Shown in pieces: positions 1 to 10,248 of a stretch of 52,499 nucleotides of DNA. The notes below the pieces were generated by a model. That model made no database searches. It was not told the origin of the DNA and worked only from the letters and a program-made list of their open reading frames with translations. The DNA is taken from assembly GCF_018977255.1 (NCBI RefSeq), contig NW_024704896.1:62001-114499 (forward strand). The letters run 5' to 3'. Source of the stretch: Callorhinchus milii (lineage: Eukaryota). Position numbers and translations under genes: made by a program. Position 1 is the first letter of the stretch, and every line of letters starts with the position of its first letter.

Positions 1-264
1 TTCTCGGAATATATTGTGAAGTGAAATAACTATGTTGTTTGTGGCGGGAATTAGACAGGGAATTGGTATTAATTATATGCTGATAATTATATTATATATT
101 AAATTATTTATATGAATTGATATCATAATGAAATTGTACATCGTGATTATATTATGTTAATTGATATCAATCAAAATCAAGCCAAAGCTTGGGATGTAAA
201 TGTTATAGAAGCGGTCAGCATTGCAGACATTTGTGACTGATGTTATGTTGTGTATAATTTTCAC

Positions 265-547
265 ATGTTTTCAGTGCCTCAGTAAAGCAGACCCCATCCT
301 CTCTTAGGAAAGAAGAATGCGAGGCTTTGACCATCAGCTGTGTCTTCGAAGAAAGGTACAATTATAATTTCATGAACATGGAATTTTTTATGCAATTTGG
401 AAAGGGGGCAAACTGGAATCCCATCCCAAGTGAACGAAGGTTTGTTGTGAAGACAGACACGGGATCGAAGTCGTCTTCTCTGGAAATTAATGATTTGAAA
501 GTTGAAGACAGCGCTGACTACAGATGGACAGCTCGATACTTGTATAA
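265..547 (+). pseudogene. NAR-TCR (IgNAR-like) V exon, cassette 1, pseudogene; leader lies upstream of the window
   Basis: Translates to VFSASVKQTPSSLRKEECEALTISCVFEERYNYNFMNMEFFMQFGKGANWNPIPSERRFVVKTDTGSKSSSLEINDLKVEDSADYRWTARYLY. This is a short V lacking the C'/C'' (CDR2) region, with a VNAR-like SKSSSLEINDLKVEDS motif. The acceptor AG is mutated to AC (263-264; paralogs have ttcag) and the second canonical Cys is TGG/Trp (525-527). Confidence 0.9.
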
Positions 548-585
548 CACAATGCTGTATTTGGGCTTCCGACAATACAAATAAC
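548..585 (+). other. RSS of NAR-V1 (heptamer CACAATG, 22-bp spacer, nonamer ACAAATAAC)
   Basis: Read directly: heptamer 548-554, spacer 555-576, nonamer 577-585. Confidence 0.88.
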
Positions 586-910
586 CCCTTCACCAACTCA
601 CAGGAAAATCACAGAGAATGTGAACTCCTCAATGTTTCAATACACATTCCTCACTGGTATGTGATGCACAATGATGTGTAATAGCACTTCCTTCAGGAAA
701 CGACTATTGTTTACGAATACTTAGGAAAAGTGAGTGAGTATGAATCTGACGTAATAGCTTTTCTTGGATTCATGTAACTAGCAATTTATTGCAAATACAG
801 ACAGCATACAAAGACCTGCATGGACAATATACTAAAGAACTTTACACTCATGTCACTGATTGATCATTTTTAAATGGCAGGAAACATTTTAATTGTTTCT
901 TCAAACAATT

Positions 911-981
911 GCTTTTTGTGCTGACGGTGAAACAATGTGTTGGCTGGGGAAGGCACACTGGAAAACATCAGCACAAATACC
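911..981 (+). other. NAR-TCR D segment 1 (coding 940-953, TTGGCTGGGGAAGG) with flanking RSSs, 13/12 spacers
   Basis: GCTTTTTGT(911-919), 13 bp, CAATGTG(933-939), D, CACACTG(954-960), 12 bp, ACAAATACC(973-981). Same position as in the other three cassettes. Confidence 0.85.
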
Positions 982-1294
982 TTACAGGTATTTACTTGTA
1001 AATGCATCGGGCGTGTCACTGATAATGGTGTCCTATTCTGCGTTGTTCAATGTGTCGAAATTTTGCTTTCGAATTATATTACTTCTAGCAGATGTTTGCT
1101 GGAGCTTTATAGAAAAATGTTCTTATTGCCGTGCACTTTGTCTGTGTTTGGGTGGAAATAATATCGAAATTAAACATGATTTGGAAGCACAAAATATTGG
1201 AAGATGGGACAGTGTTGGAGTGATAGCAATTAATGACCAATTTGAAATCAAATGATGTTATTGGTGACTGCATTACACCATGAACTGATTGCAC

Positions 1295-1387
1295 AGTTTT
1301 TGCACCTTGTAGATTGAGAGCCGTGTGACTGTGGTTATAAAGAATATACCGAAGATGGATCACCAACCAAAGTAACCGTAACGAAAA
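1295..1387 (+). other. NAR-TCR J segment 1 (coding 1334-1387, YKEYTEDGSPTKVTVTK) with 23-RSS
   Basis: AGTTTTTGC(1295-1303), 23 bp, GACTGTG(1327-1333). Ends in a phase-1 donor, A|gtaagt. Confidence 0.88.
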
Positions 1388-1521
1388 GTAAGTGAGAAAT
1401 ACATCTGCAAATTTGCAGTTCACATCAATTTTATTCACATGAATAAGTAAAATGCTTTATTCGAAGTCATTGCTCCCAAATATATACAACTGAGCCATTT
1501 CAACAAACCACTTGACCGATT

Positions 1522-1790
1522 AAAATGTTTCCACTCGCCAGTGGTTCGGTAATTAGAGAACCTATTTGTACGATGAAACAACACGAGGGTAGATAATGAG
1601 GATTTATTTGCAATCTGTGAAAGGGAGCTGGAAGCAGATTCGATAATAAATTTCAGAAGGGGAATAAATTACAAGGTGATGTGAAAAGCACGTGGGAGTG
1701 GAATTGTTTGGACAGCTCTTCAGAAAGCTGGCTCAAACAAAATGGGTCGAATTGCCTACTTCTGTGGTTAACATTTCATAATTCCATGAT
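1522..1790 (+). mobile_element. CR1-type LINE 3' end fragment upstream of the supporting-V remnant
   Basis: Homologous to 13660-14307, 24506-24970, 34400-35050 and 43600-43989 (tgtttccact..., ggaagcagattcgata..., gggccgaattgcct..., ccatgat tail). The longer copies include an RT C-terminal-like stretch. Confidence 0.7.
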
Positions 1791-1820
1791 GATATGTGAC
1801 TTTTAATGTGCCTTCTGTAG

Positions 1821-1866
1821 GATCGAGGTTCACAGTTTCCCAGTCACCGCCTGAACAAACTGCAAT
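1821..1866 (+). pseudogene. 5' remnant of a leaderless supporting Vdelta exon (cassette 1)
   Basis: ctgtag|GA TCG AGG TTC ACA GTT TCC CAG TCA CCG CCT GAA CAA ACT = (x)SRFTVSQSPPEQT, matching 44016 onward. Homology stops after about 45 bp and there is no RSS. Confidence 0.85.
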
Positions 1867-2193
1867 ACACTGTCCAACTGGAATTATCATCTATTAACAA
1901 TAATCAGGAACTTGACACCATTTTTAAAATCTGTGTTATTTATAATTATGTCGAGAAGTTTAAATTATTTAGTGAAAAAAATACTTTTGTCAACTTATTG
2001 TTGCTGCATTATTAGTTGTAAATCTACATTTTACATTGTGTCACACAGTAAAATAATGAGGAATGTGAGTCTATATTTAGATTTAAGATACAGAATTTAT
2101 TAGATTTAATGTGTCACATCAATTGGAGCGTTAACAAATACAGTATCCATGTATGTTCCTCACCAGCCGTCCAATAGATTAAATGAATATGTT

Positions 2194-2209
2194 CACGTCA
2201 CTTGATTGG
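2194..2209 (-). promoter_or_regulatory. Inverted CCAAT-N4-TGACGTG element upstream of V-A leader
   Basis: CACGTCActtgATTGG, about 110 bp upstream of ATG 2318. It is the reverse complement of the motif upstream of the V-B, V-D and V-E leaders. Confidence 0.5.
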
Positions 2210-2317
2210 GAAGTGAAGTCACAGCGATCAAGTATTACTTGACTCAGAGCCATGCGCCTCCGATCAACACCAATATCTTATCCACTAAGGAGCTCAGCAG
2301 TGGAGTGAGTGATAGGG

Positions 2318-3168
2318 ATGGAGGGAGCCAGTGTGTTTCTGGCTCTCGCTGCCATTTTAATAGGTAATCCAGGGTAACAATTTTAAATCTTTCAATCATT
2401 TTTTAAAATTATTCAACTGAATCGGTTTCACTTGTCTGCTCAAATTATTAAACGAAATCATAATTACAATGGCGTTTGATACAGCGCTTCAACATGTTTT
2501 CGAGAAGCCCCATTGCGCTTCAAAGAATATATGATAAATTGCAGTGACTGTGTATTTCGTGGGGAAGACGCGATAGCTAATTTTATTCAGCAGTGTCCCC
2601 TAAATAATCAAGGATTTATTGAACGCACTTTAAAAGACTTTTATATTCCATTTGAAGGGATTATTATCCACGGAAAGCAATCGGCTAATTGACTCACTAA
2701 TAGTTTTCTCGTTACGGTTGGGTAATCGTTGGTGTGTGTGTTAAGGAAACTTGCCTAAGATTGTGCCCTGTCCTGTCCGGGAACCGAACCCGTGTCGTAT
2801 CTCTTGCGAGGCGAGCGCTGTAACCACTGAGCTGCAGGACTCCACGCTCTTGTGTTTCAGGCCTGACCCAGGGAGACTCTGTGACACAGAAGGTGGGTTC
2901 AGTGACTGGGAAAGAAGGAGGAAGTGTGACCATTGAATGTCATTATGATTCGTCTCTGAGCGACTACTATTTCCACTGGTATCGGGAACAACAAGAAACA
3001 CAACCACAGTATGTGCTTAAAACTTATTCCGATGGCAGTGCATATAAAGCAGACTTTGCTAAAAAGCGGTTCTCTGCAGAGCTCCGAACATCGACAAAAT
3101 TCAGCAGATTAACCATCTCCCAGTTGGAGCTGTCTGACAGCGATGTGTGTTACTGTGCTCTGGAACAA
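2318..3168 (+). CDS. Conventional TCR Valpha/delta segment V-A (leader 2318-2363, V exon 2861-3168), open reading frame
   Basis: Leader MEGASVFLALAAILIG|gtaatc; acceptor tttcag at 2860. V = LTQGDSVTQKVGSVTGKEGGSVTIEC...FHWYREQ...DSDVCYCALEQ, with Cys23, Trp41 and Cys104 present. Confidence 0.93.
2468..2844 (-). mobile_element. tRNA-derived SINE in the V-A intron
   Basis: Reverse complement begins tggagtcctgcagctcagtggttacagcgctcgcctcgcaagag...ggttcggttccc (A/B-box-like) and ends in the family's gcgct...atcaaa tail. Confidence 0.75.
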
Positions 3169-3207
3169 CACAGTGATGGGAACCAGTCAGAAACTCGTAC
3201 AAAAACT
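3169..3207 (+). other. 23-RSS of V-A (CACAGTG, 23 bp, ACAAAAACT)
   Basis: Near-consensus heptamer 3169-3175 and nonamer 3199-3207. Confidence 0.95.
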
Positions 3208-3419
3208 CGCAGCGTTCAGTGGGTTTGTGCTCCTGTCTCTCTTGGCCACAGCAGCGATTTCCTGTGGGAAGGGAAACGAGACAAAAACACAAAGAGAACC
3301 TCACATTCACAGCTCATCCGACTTTCACGCAAACAACTCAATGATCCCGTGATCTCAACTGATCATGCAATAACCGTGGTTAGAGCACATATCTCGCTGG
3401 TGAGGGACATGTGTTAGAT

Positions 3420-3596
3420 TCCCGGCCCCAGTGACTGGTGAAAACCGCTGTATAAAAGTAATTGGTTGTTGTAATGAAACGCGGCTGAGATGCCAATGAG
3501 GTGACGTGAGAATGTGGCTCCGCCAATGTCGACAATCACTGCGGGTTATCAGCAAACTGATGGCACAGACACAACCACACAGACTGAGGAGCAGCA
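3420..3596 (+). promoter_or_regulatory. Conserved V promoter block (CCAAT 3493, TGACGTG 3502, CCAAT 3523); paralogs at about 12330-12498 and 33065-33238
   Basis: A roughly 170-bp block is near-identical in front of three same-family leaders and contains CCAAT and CRE/ATF-like motifs. Confidence 0.7.
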
Positions 3597-4561
3597 ATGA
3601 GCCTGTCTGCTGTCTGTCTTGTGCTGGGAACCTTTATGTCAGGTGAGGTCTTTTTGAGCAAATTCAGTGTTGCTGCTGATGGTCAGCTCCATTTTAACAA
3701 CAATTGGTGGAGGGAAATCTGTACCTTAGTGGTCAGAGCTCTCAACGTGCAAGCGAAAGGACCTGGTATCGTTCCCCAGTCAGAGGGAAACCATAGGCAA
3801 GATTTCTTTCTCCAACTTCACACACACGCCTCTGTTTCCGTAACATTAAGCAGGAACCCCTGTGCTGTATAAACCGAGCGTTACAACGCTTCAAAATGAT
3901 GACAATTTCCCTCTCTATTCAAATGTTCTGAGGGAATTGGCGGATCTCTTTTACTTGGCCCATAAATCATTAATTTTTAAAAAATAATAATTCATTAACT
4001 TATTCCATGACTGTTTCCGAGACACTGCCTAGTGAAATTAGCTGCCGCATTTTGCCCGAAGAAGTACAGTGCAATGCATTTGGTAGTTTATTTTGTGTAG
4101 CGCATTCATGGGACTGAACCATGTGATAACGTGCTATATAAAATACATTGTTTGTTATTTTTTCATTATTAGCAAATGACATATGTATAATGCCTTTCGC
4201 TTCATTCAAGGTTTTAATGTAAATGTTCTTCCTCTCCACGTTTATTACAAGTCTGTAATGCGGACTCTGTCACCCAGAAAGCTGCCACAATGGTAAAGGA
4301 AGAAGGAGTCAATGCGATTTTACGATGCACCTATTCCACGACTGAAAGCTCTTACTATCTCCACTGGTACCGACATTCCGACGATAAGCAGCCAGAGTTT
4401 ATAGTTCAGATGTATTCCAACAATGAAAATCTAGTCAAAGCAACAGGATTTGGAGATCGAATCTCTGCTCAGCTGCAGAAATTCACTTCATCCACCAATT
4501 TAACCATCTCTGAGCTGGTGGTGTCTGACAGCGCTGTGTATTATTGTGCCTTTAGTCTCAC
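3597..4561 (+). CDS. Conventional TCR Valpha/delta segment V-B (leader 3597-3642, V exon 4252-4561), intact
   Basis: Leader MSLSAVCLVLGTFMS-G|gtgagg; acceptor ttacaag. V = CNADSVTQKAATMVKEEGVNAILRCTYSTTESSYYLHWYRH...DSAVYYCAFSL, no stops. Confidence 0.93.
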
Positions 4562-4600
4562 CACAGTGATAGACTGCACTGCAAGTCTCGTACAAAAACT
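4562..4600 (+). other. 23-RSS of V-B (CACAGTG, 23 bp, ACAAAAACT)
   Basis: Read directly. Confidence 0.95.
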
Positions 4601-5925
4601 GCCTTCACTTTGTACATGGGGATGATCTGTCTGTTGAAGTGTGTGCGGAATCGTGGTCAGGCCTTGAGGCCCTGCGAGGAGCAGAGATGTCTGCAGCCAA
4701 CTCAGAGGAAACCACATTAACCTCACATCAACTTGTCAGCTAAACATTCACATAATTATCTATGACAATAAAGGCAGACAACAGTTAATGCACGAGTTAA
4801 GCGCTACAGGACCAGTACATAACATGTCAAGTTGCTATGGGTTTGTTTGGATTTGCAAATATAATACAAAAACCGTATTTTTAATAGAATTCATTGTCGT
4901 GTCCGTCACATATTAACATCAATTAAAAAACAGTTGGTCAATTAATCCACCACTGTTTGCGGGACACTGCTGTGATCAACTGTCTATCACGTTTCGTCCA
5001 CAACATACACAGTCAATTAGCTTTACAGCATATTCATTGATTTGTGTTGAGACGTCTGAAAGACGTGATGAGCTGCTGTAACAAAAGAAACCATTATTAT
5101 TATTATTGTTGTTATTCAATGTGTGCGAAGCGGGGATTCAGTATCTGTGCCGACACAGTGACTGACAGCGGGGAGTGTTCATTTACGCTTAGCCTCGGGT
5201 GATATAAGCCACTGGAATCCACAATGCATTGTTTTTTCCATCATTACTTTAAGTCAAATTCTGCATAAAAGATGAAGCATAGCTTTACTGTTGCACATTG
5301 ACCAATAGAGGGCAATAAGCTATTGTTAATTTCCATCTCATCAAGACGTTAAAATTTCAGGCCATCTGAATCAGCGGCTTTGTCAATTGAATCTTTAGTT
5401 AAAATGGCGGTGCAAAGTCATTTATATTTGAATTCGAGACAATTTGGAAGAGAAAAGTAGATGCGTCCTTGGGATGAGATTGATCGTCTCTCAGAGTGTA
5501 TTAAATCATTTAAAAAAAATTAGTCATTTAATTCACCAATGTTTGTGAAACTACTGTGGGCAGTTGGCTTTCACAAAATACACATTCAATTCACTTCATA
5601 GCATATTCTGTGAAGCGCTTGGAGATGTCTCGAAATCTCAGTGAGATACTACAACAAATGCAAGGATTAGTAATATCATTATTATTAGACTGAGGTCTGG
5701 TTTGCCTGTTCAGCTCAACGTTAAAGATTGTTTAGCACTCAATGGATGCGCGTGTATTTCTAACCCAATTTGCTCGCTTGGTAAATGCACTCATCCCGAA
5801 ACAACACATACTCTCTCATTCTCGTTGAACACCGTCAGATGTTGCCATATAATAATACAGCGAAACCGACTTTCATAAAGACGCTTTCACATCGTGTCGT
5901 TAGACCTTTGCTCTACAAATAATGT

Positions 5926-6305
5926 GTAGTCCTGCAGTTTAGTGGTTGGAGAAGAGAGTCGCAAGCGAGAGGACCTGGTTTCGATTCCCGGGCAGGGAGA
6001 AACGATAGACAAGTTTCCTTACTCTACGCATGCCTGCGTTTACCTTATAATAAGTGGGAAACCACATGTTCGTTCTTTGACAGATCGGTTTCCGGGGGGC
6101 AATAATCCATTGAACAATCAAATAATTATATTGCTTTTTTGTAAAAAGTCAATAAATAAAGAATATTAATTCGGTCACTCAATCCAGACGTTTCGTGGGT
6201 CACTGCTCCATTTTCAACACAAAATGTAAAGTCAATCAACATTTCAGCATACTTTGTGAAGCGCGTTGAGACGTTAAAATCAGTATATAATGCAAGGATT
6301 ATTAT
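5926..6305 (+). mobile_element. tRNA-derived SINE, near full length. Further partial copies at about 3720, 4950, 5530, 6500, 10905, 12615, 16490, 17430, 25560, 33365, 38480, 46480, 48800 and 51390
   Basis: Head gtcctgcagtttagtggttgg...ggtttcgattccc, body ggcaagtttccttactc, 3' end gtgaagcgc...gagacg...tgcaaggattattat. Confidence 0.8.
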
Positions 6306-6859
6306 GTTTATAAAGACAAATCTGAGTCCAACACGGTCAAACCTATCGCCTCTCCCTCACACAGTCCCAAACAGCTTTCTCCTCCCAGTACATCATTCAA
6401 GTCAAAAAATAATCCCAAACTAATCAGCTCCGCTTCACACTCCCTAAATAACCTCAATTGTCCAGACCAGTGACATTCGTGAAAAACATTAATAATAATA
6501 ACAATGCTTCCATTTTATGCAGCGCCTCATTAAGTCATCGAGACGTCAACAAGCGCTTCACGAAATCTGCTGTAAAATGTAGTGACTGTGTGTTCTGTAG
6601 GCGAAAAGTGGCACACAATTTGTGCGTTTACCTACAAGATTCTCCGTCCAACATATACCCATGGATGAAGTAATCAAATATTGTATTATTATTTTGTAGG
6701 AAATTTTTACGCGATCCAACATTCAACAAACAAGCGGGTTCCTACTGAAGGGTAAATAGAGGTGTATGTGTGTATACACCTACACACAGTGAGTGTTTAT
6801 GTCTCTGTGCGTCTGTATTTGCGAATGCGTCTGTGTGTGTTGATAAGGAAACTAAACTA

Positions 6860-7200
6860 ATGAGAGACAGATACATAGAGACAGAGAGAAAGAGAGACAG
6901 AAGGACAGATACACAGACAAATAGGCAGACAAACAGAGAGACAGACATNNNNNNNNNNNNNNNNNNNNNNNNNNNNNNNNNNNNNNNNNNNNNNNNNNNN
7001 NNNNNNNNNNNNNNNNNNNNNNNNNNNNNNNNNNNNNNNNNNNNNNNNNNNNNNNNNNNNNNNNNNNNNNNNNNNNNNNNNNNNNNNNNNNNNNNNNNNN
7101 NNNNNNNNNNNNNNNNNNNNNNNNNNNNNNNNNNNNNNNNNNNNNNNNNNNNNNNNNNNNNNNNNNNNNNNNNNGAGCAGCAGAGAAACAGAACGGCAGA
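6860..7200. repeat. (AGAC/AG)n microsatellite running into an assembly gap (N 6949-7174)
   Basis: Seen directly. Confidence 0.9.
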
Positions 7201-7922
7201 AACTGATCAATAATAATCCTTCTAAAGAGAACAGAACCTGACACCGTTGTGACATCTTAAAGCACTTCACAGGATATACTGTATATTAAACATCCTGATG
7301 AATTCCCCTTCTTCGCCCGCTATGTGTCTTCCAGATCCTCCATTGCTGTATCATCCTCTCTTATCCCCATGGTTGTTATAAATGCCCCAAACCTATAATC
7401 GTTCACCGCAATATCACCCCCTACTACTCACCCATTATCACTCACTTGGGGCGCATTGCCTTCTGCCTTGACCGGCCTCGCCACTCAGCTGCTGGTCTCT
7501 GTAATAAAATTCATTCTACACCTAAGGTTTCGTATCTTCTTTATCTGTTTTTCCCAAATCTCAGAAAAGTCCCTCTCAACATCACACAGCCTTTGTCCCT
7601 CTCCCATTGCCATTTAATGCTTCCTCTCATTGACTCCTCGTCACTTGTCCATTTAATCCTAATTGAGTGGTCAACAGTCATTCCCAAATCCCCCTCTTCT
7701 AACCCCTGTTCTATGACACTGTTAATCAGTCCTTTTTCTCTCGTAGTGTACTGCCCCCACAAACGATCCCCGCCCACACCTCAAAGCCGCTGACACCAGC
7801 CATGATGTGACGCTGTTGATCACAAATAAAACAAGTCTCCAAAGCTCTTACATAACAGCCATGTGTTACTCATACTCACTCTGAGGTGTCCGGGGCTGTT
7901 GGTATCTCCCAGCTGTGAGAGA

Positions 7923-8634
7923 ATGTCTCTACTCTGTGTCTGCATCTACTTCCCCTTCTTACAATGCAAGTATTTGTTCCATTACACAGCACGACACAGC
8001 ACCAGTGAATGTCCACACTAAAATCTGCGATAAATTTATGTTACTTTTGATAGAGGGATTCATCAGGTCGCTGAGACATCTCAAAGCGCTTCACAAAGTA
8101 TATTGTAAAGTTAGGTGACAGCGCTTCTTGTGGGCGAAACGCGGCAGCCAATTGAGGTAAATCATTTTATTATAATTATATTATATCTTATAATGGTTAA
8201 TATTAATTGATATTTTGATGATATTACATATCATAAATCTACCATATCAATCGGTATCAATTAAAATCAAGCCAACACTTGGGATGGAATTTTAAAAGCA
8301 GTGGGCGGTGTTGAAGATATTTCTAATTGAGTTATGTTGTGTATAAATTTCAGATGTTTTCAGTGCCTCAGTAAAGCAGACGCCATCGACTCTTAAAAGA
8401 GAAGAATGCGATTCTTTGATCATCAACTGCCTCTTTGAATCAAATGACATTGTCAAGAGCATAGATTTTTATAGGCAGCTTCCAAATGGGAGGCATTGGA
8501 AGCCCATCCCTCGTGAAAAACGGTTTGTTGTAAAAACAGCCACAGGATCGAAGACGTCTTCTCTGGAAATTAGCGACTTGCAAATTGAAGACAGCGCTGA
8601 TTATTACTGTAGAGTTCGATATGAATATGAATGC
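7923..8634 (+). CDS. NAR-TCR V gene, cassette 2 (leader 7923-7965, V exon 8354-8634), open frame, GC donor
   Basis: Leader MSLLCVCIYFPFLQ-T|gcaagt; acceptor ttcag at 8353. V = VFSASVKQTPSTLKREECDSLIINCLFESNDIVKSIDFYRQLPNGRHWKPIPREKRFVVKTATGSKTSSLEISDLQIEDSADYYCRVRYEYEC. Confidence 0.9.
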
Positions 8635-8672
8635 CACAATGCTGTATCTGCGGTTCTGACAACACAAAAAGC
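8635..8672 (+). other. RSS of NAR-V2 (CACAATG, 22 bp, ACAAAAAGC)
   Basis: Read directly. Confidence 0.92.
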
Positions 8673-8985
8673 CCCTTCACCAACTCAAAGTAAAATCAAA
8701 GAGAATATGAAATTGCCAATTAATTCAACGTATATTTCTCATTTGTGTCTGACGTGTAGTGATGTTAAATAACACTTCCGTTAAGAAACGGCCGTTATTT
8801 AAGAATAATTAGAGATTCAGTATGAAACTGACGTTAGAACATAGCTTGGATCCATATCAGTAACAGCTTACTGCGAGAGACAGACGACATGCGACGTCCT
8901 ACTAGGACACCATTCAAAAGAATTTTACATTTGACGTCTTTGATTGGACATGGCAGAAATTATTTCAATTGTTTTTCAAACCAAT

Positions 8986-9056
8986 AGTTTATGTATTGAC
9001 ATTAAGTGCTGTGCTGGTTTTGAGTGGTCACGTTGGAAAACATAGGCACAAATACT
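8986..9056 (+). other. NAR-TCR D segment 2 (coding 9014-9028, CTGGTTTTGAGTGGT), 12/12 RSS
   Basis: AGTTTATGT, 12 bp, TGCTGTG, D, CACGTTG, 12 bp, ACAAATACT. Confidence 0.83.
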
Positions 9057-9373
9057 GTATAGCTATTTGCATCGAAAATACAAGAGACATGATCATTGAT
9101 AACTGTGTCCTATTTTATGCAACTGAAGGTGTCGAATGTTTGCTCTAAAAATTAATTATTTCAAGCAGACATACTCTGGAACTTTTTGTACAGAGGTGTT
9201 CTTCGGGCCGTGCTCTTTGTCTGCGTTTCGGTGGAAATAATATTGAAAATAAACATTTTTTGCACAAATGAAAATTACGAAGAAGGGACAGTGGTGGAAC
9301 GATAGGAAATAATGGCAAATTTCTCAGCATGTGTTTGCGTTGGTACCAGTATTAAACCGCGATCCGATAGAAC

Positions 9374-9468
9374 AGTTTTTGCACCTTGTACAATGAGAGT
9401 GGTGTGACTGTGATATTACGGAGAGGAAACAGAAGACGGATCAGGAACCAAAGTAACTGTAACGAAAA
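9374..9468 (+). other. NAR-TCR J segment 2 (coding 9413-9468, YYGEETEDGSGTKVTVTK), 23-RSS
   Basis: AGTTTTTGC, 23 bp, GACTGTG; phase-1 donor A|gtaagt. Confidence 0.9.
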
Positions 9469-9776
9469 GTAAGTGAGTCAGAAAAAATTCTATCGATCAG
9501 AATAAAACTTTATTCAAGTGAATTTGTAAAATGCATCATTCTAACTAATTGTTACCAATTATTTAACGCTGAGCGTTTGAACAATCCACTCGGCCAATTT
9601 TGAAGGCTAAATGTTTGTGATGTGGAAAAGCTTAAGCAGCTTCTTTATCTAATTGGCAAATAATAATTTTGTTACTTGATCCACGCTTGTTTTGTGGGAC
9701 ACAGGTGTGCGCTCCAGTTGAAAATGTACAATCTCTATATCAAATGCAACGATTACTATTACGTTACTTGCAGTTG

Positions 9777-10248
9777 ATGAAGTCAGGATATTTGCACATT
9801 TGCGATGTTAATTCTTTGCGATGTTACATTCACTGGTATTGGGCATGATGTTTAAGTCTTTCTCCCTCACCCTTAAAACAATTAGTGGATTTACCTCTCG
9901 GCTTTGTGTGACATTGATAAACATGTTTTCTCTGGCTAAAGTGACAAGGAATGGAGACAGTGTTGAACCAACAGAGATGGAAGTGTCTGTTACTAAAGGA
10001 CAGAATGCAACCATGAGCTGCACCTACTCTGCTGATTCCACCAATGTTTTAATATTCTGGTACCGTCAGTATCCAAGCGAAACTCCTCTGTGCACAAGGA
10101 CACATGATTCTGAGGGGGATGTATTCATTGCTGAATTTGCAACGCAACGTTTAACGCCAAATCTGAACATGGGCAGGAAGAGATCCACTCTATGTGTGTT
10201 CCCCGTGGCTCTACCTGACATGGTCAAACATTACTGTGCCATCACACA
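9777..10248 (+). CDS. Atypical TCR V segment V-C (damaged leader 9777-9835, V exon 9942-10248); V exon open
   Basis: V = TRNGDSVEPTEMEVSVTKGQNATMSCTYSADSTNVLIFWYRQYPSETPLCTRTHD...STLCVFPVALPDMVKHYCAITH. Donor G|gtattg at 9835. ATG 9777 is out of frame, coinciding with a 12-nt direct repeat at 16-nt period. RSS CACAGTG(10249), 23 bp, GCATAAACC(10279-10287). Confidence 0.8.

Noticed and set aside
1130-1260. Conserved motifs between D and J (gtgcactttg, gggacagtg) as a possible second D
   Set aside because: No heptamer-spacer-nonamer arrangement on either side in any of the four cassettes.
2760-2845. tRNA-like A/B boxes (here and at about 5930, 10905, 14850 and 46490)
   Set aside because: SINE heads continuous with SINE bodies; no complete cloverleaf, so not called tRNA genes.
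5152-5190. CACAGTG after a YLC-like stretch, suggesting a hidden V end
   Set aside because: No nonamer at 12 or 23 bp and no V framework upstream.
6770-7270. ORFs spanning N runs (also at 38972-39310 and 42565-43225)
   Set aside because: Artefacts of microsatellites and assembly gaps.
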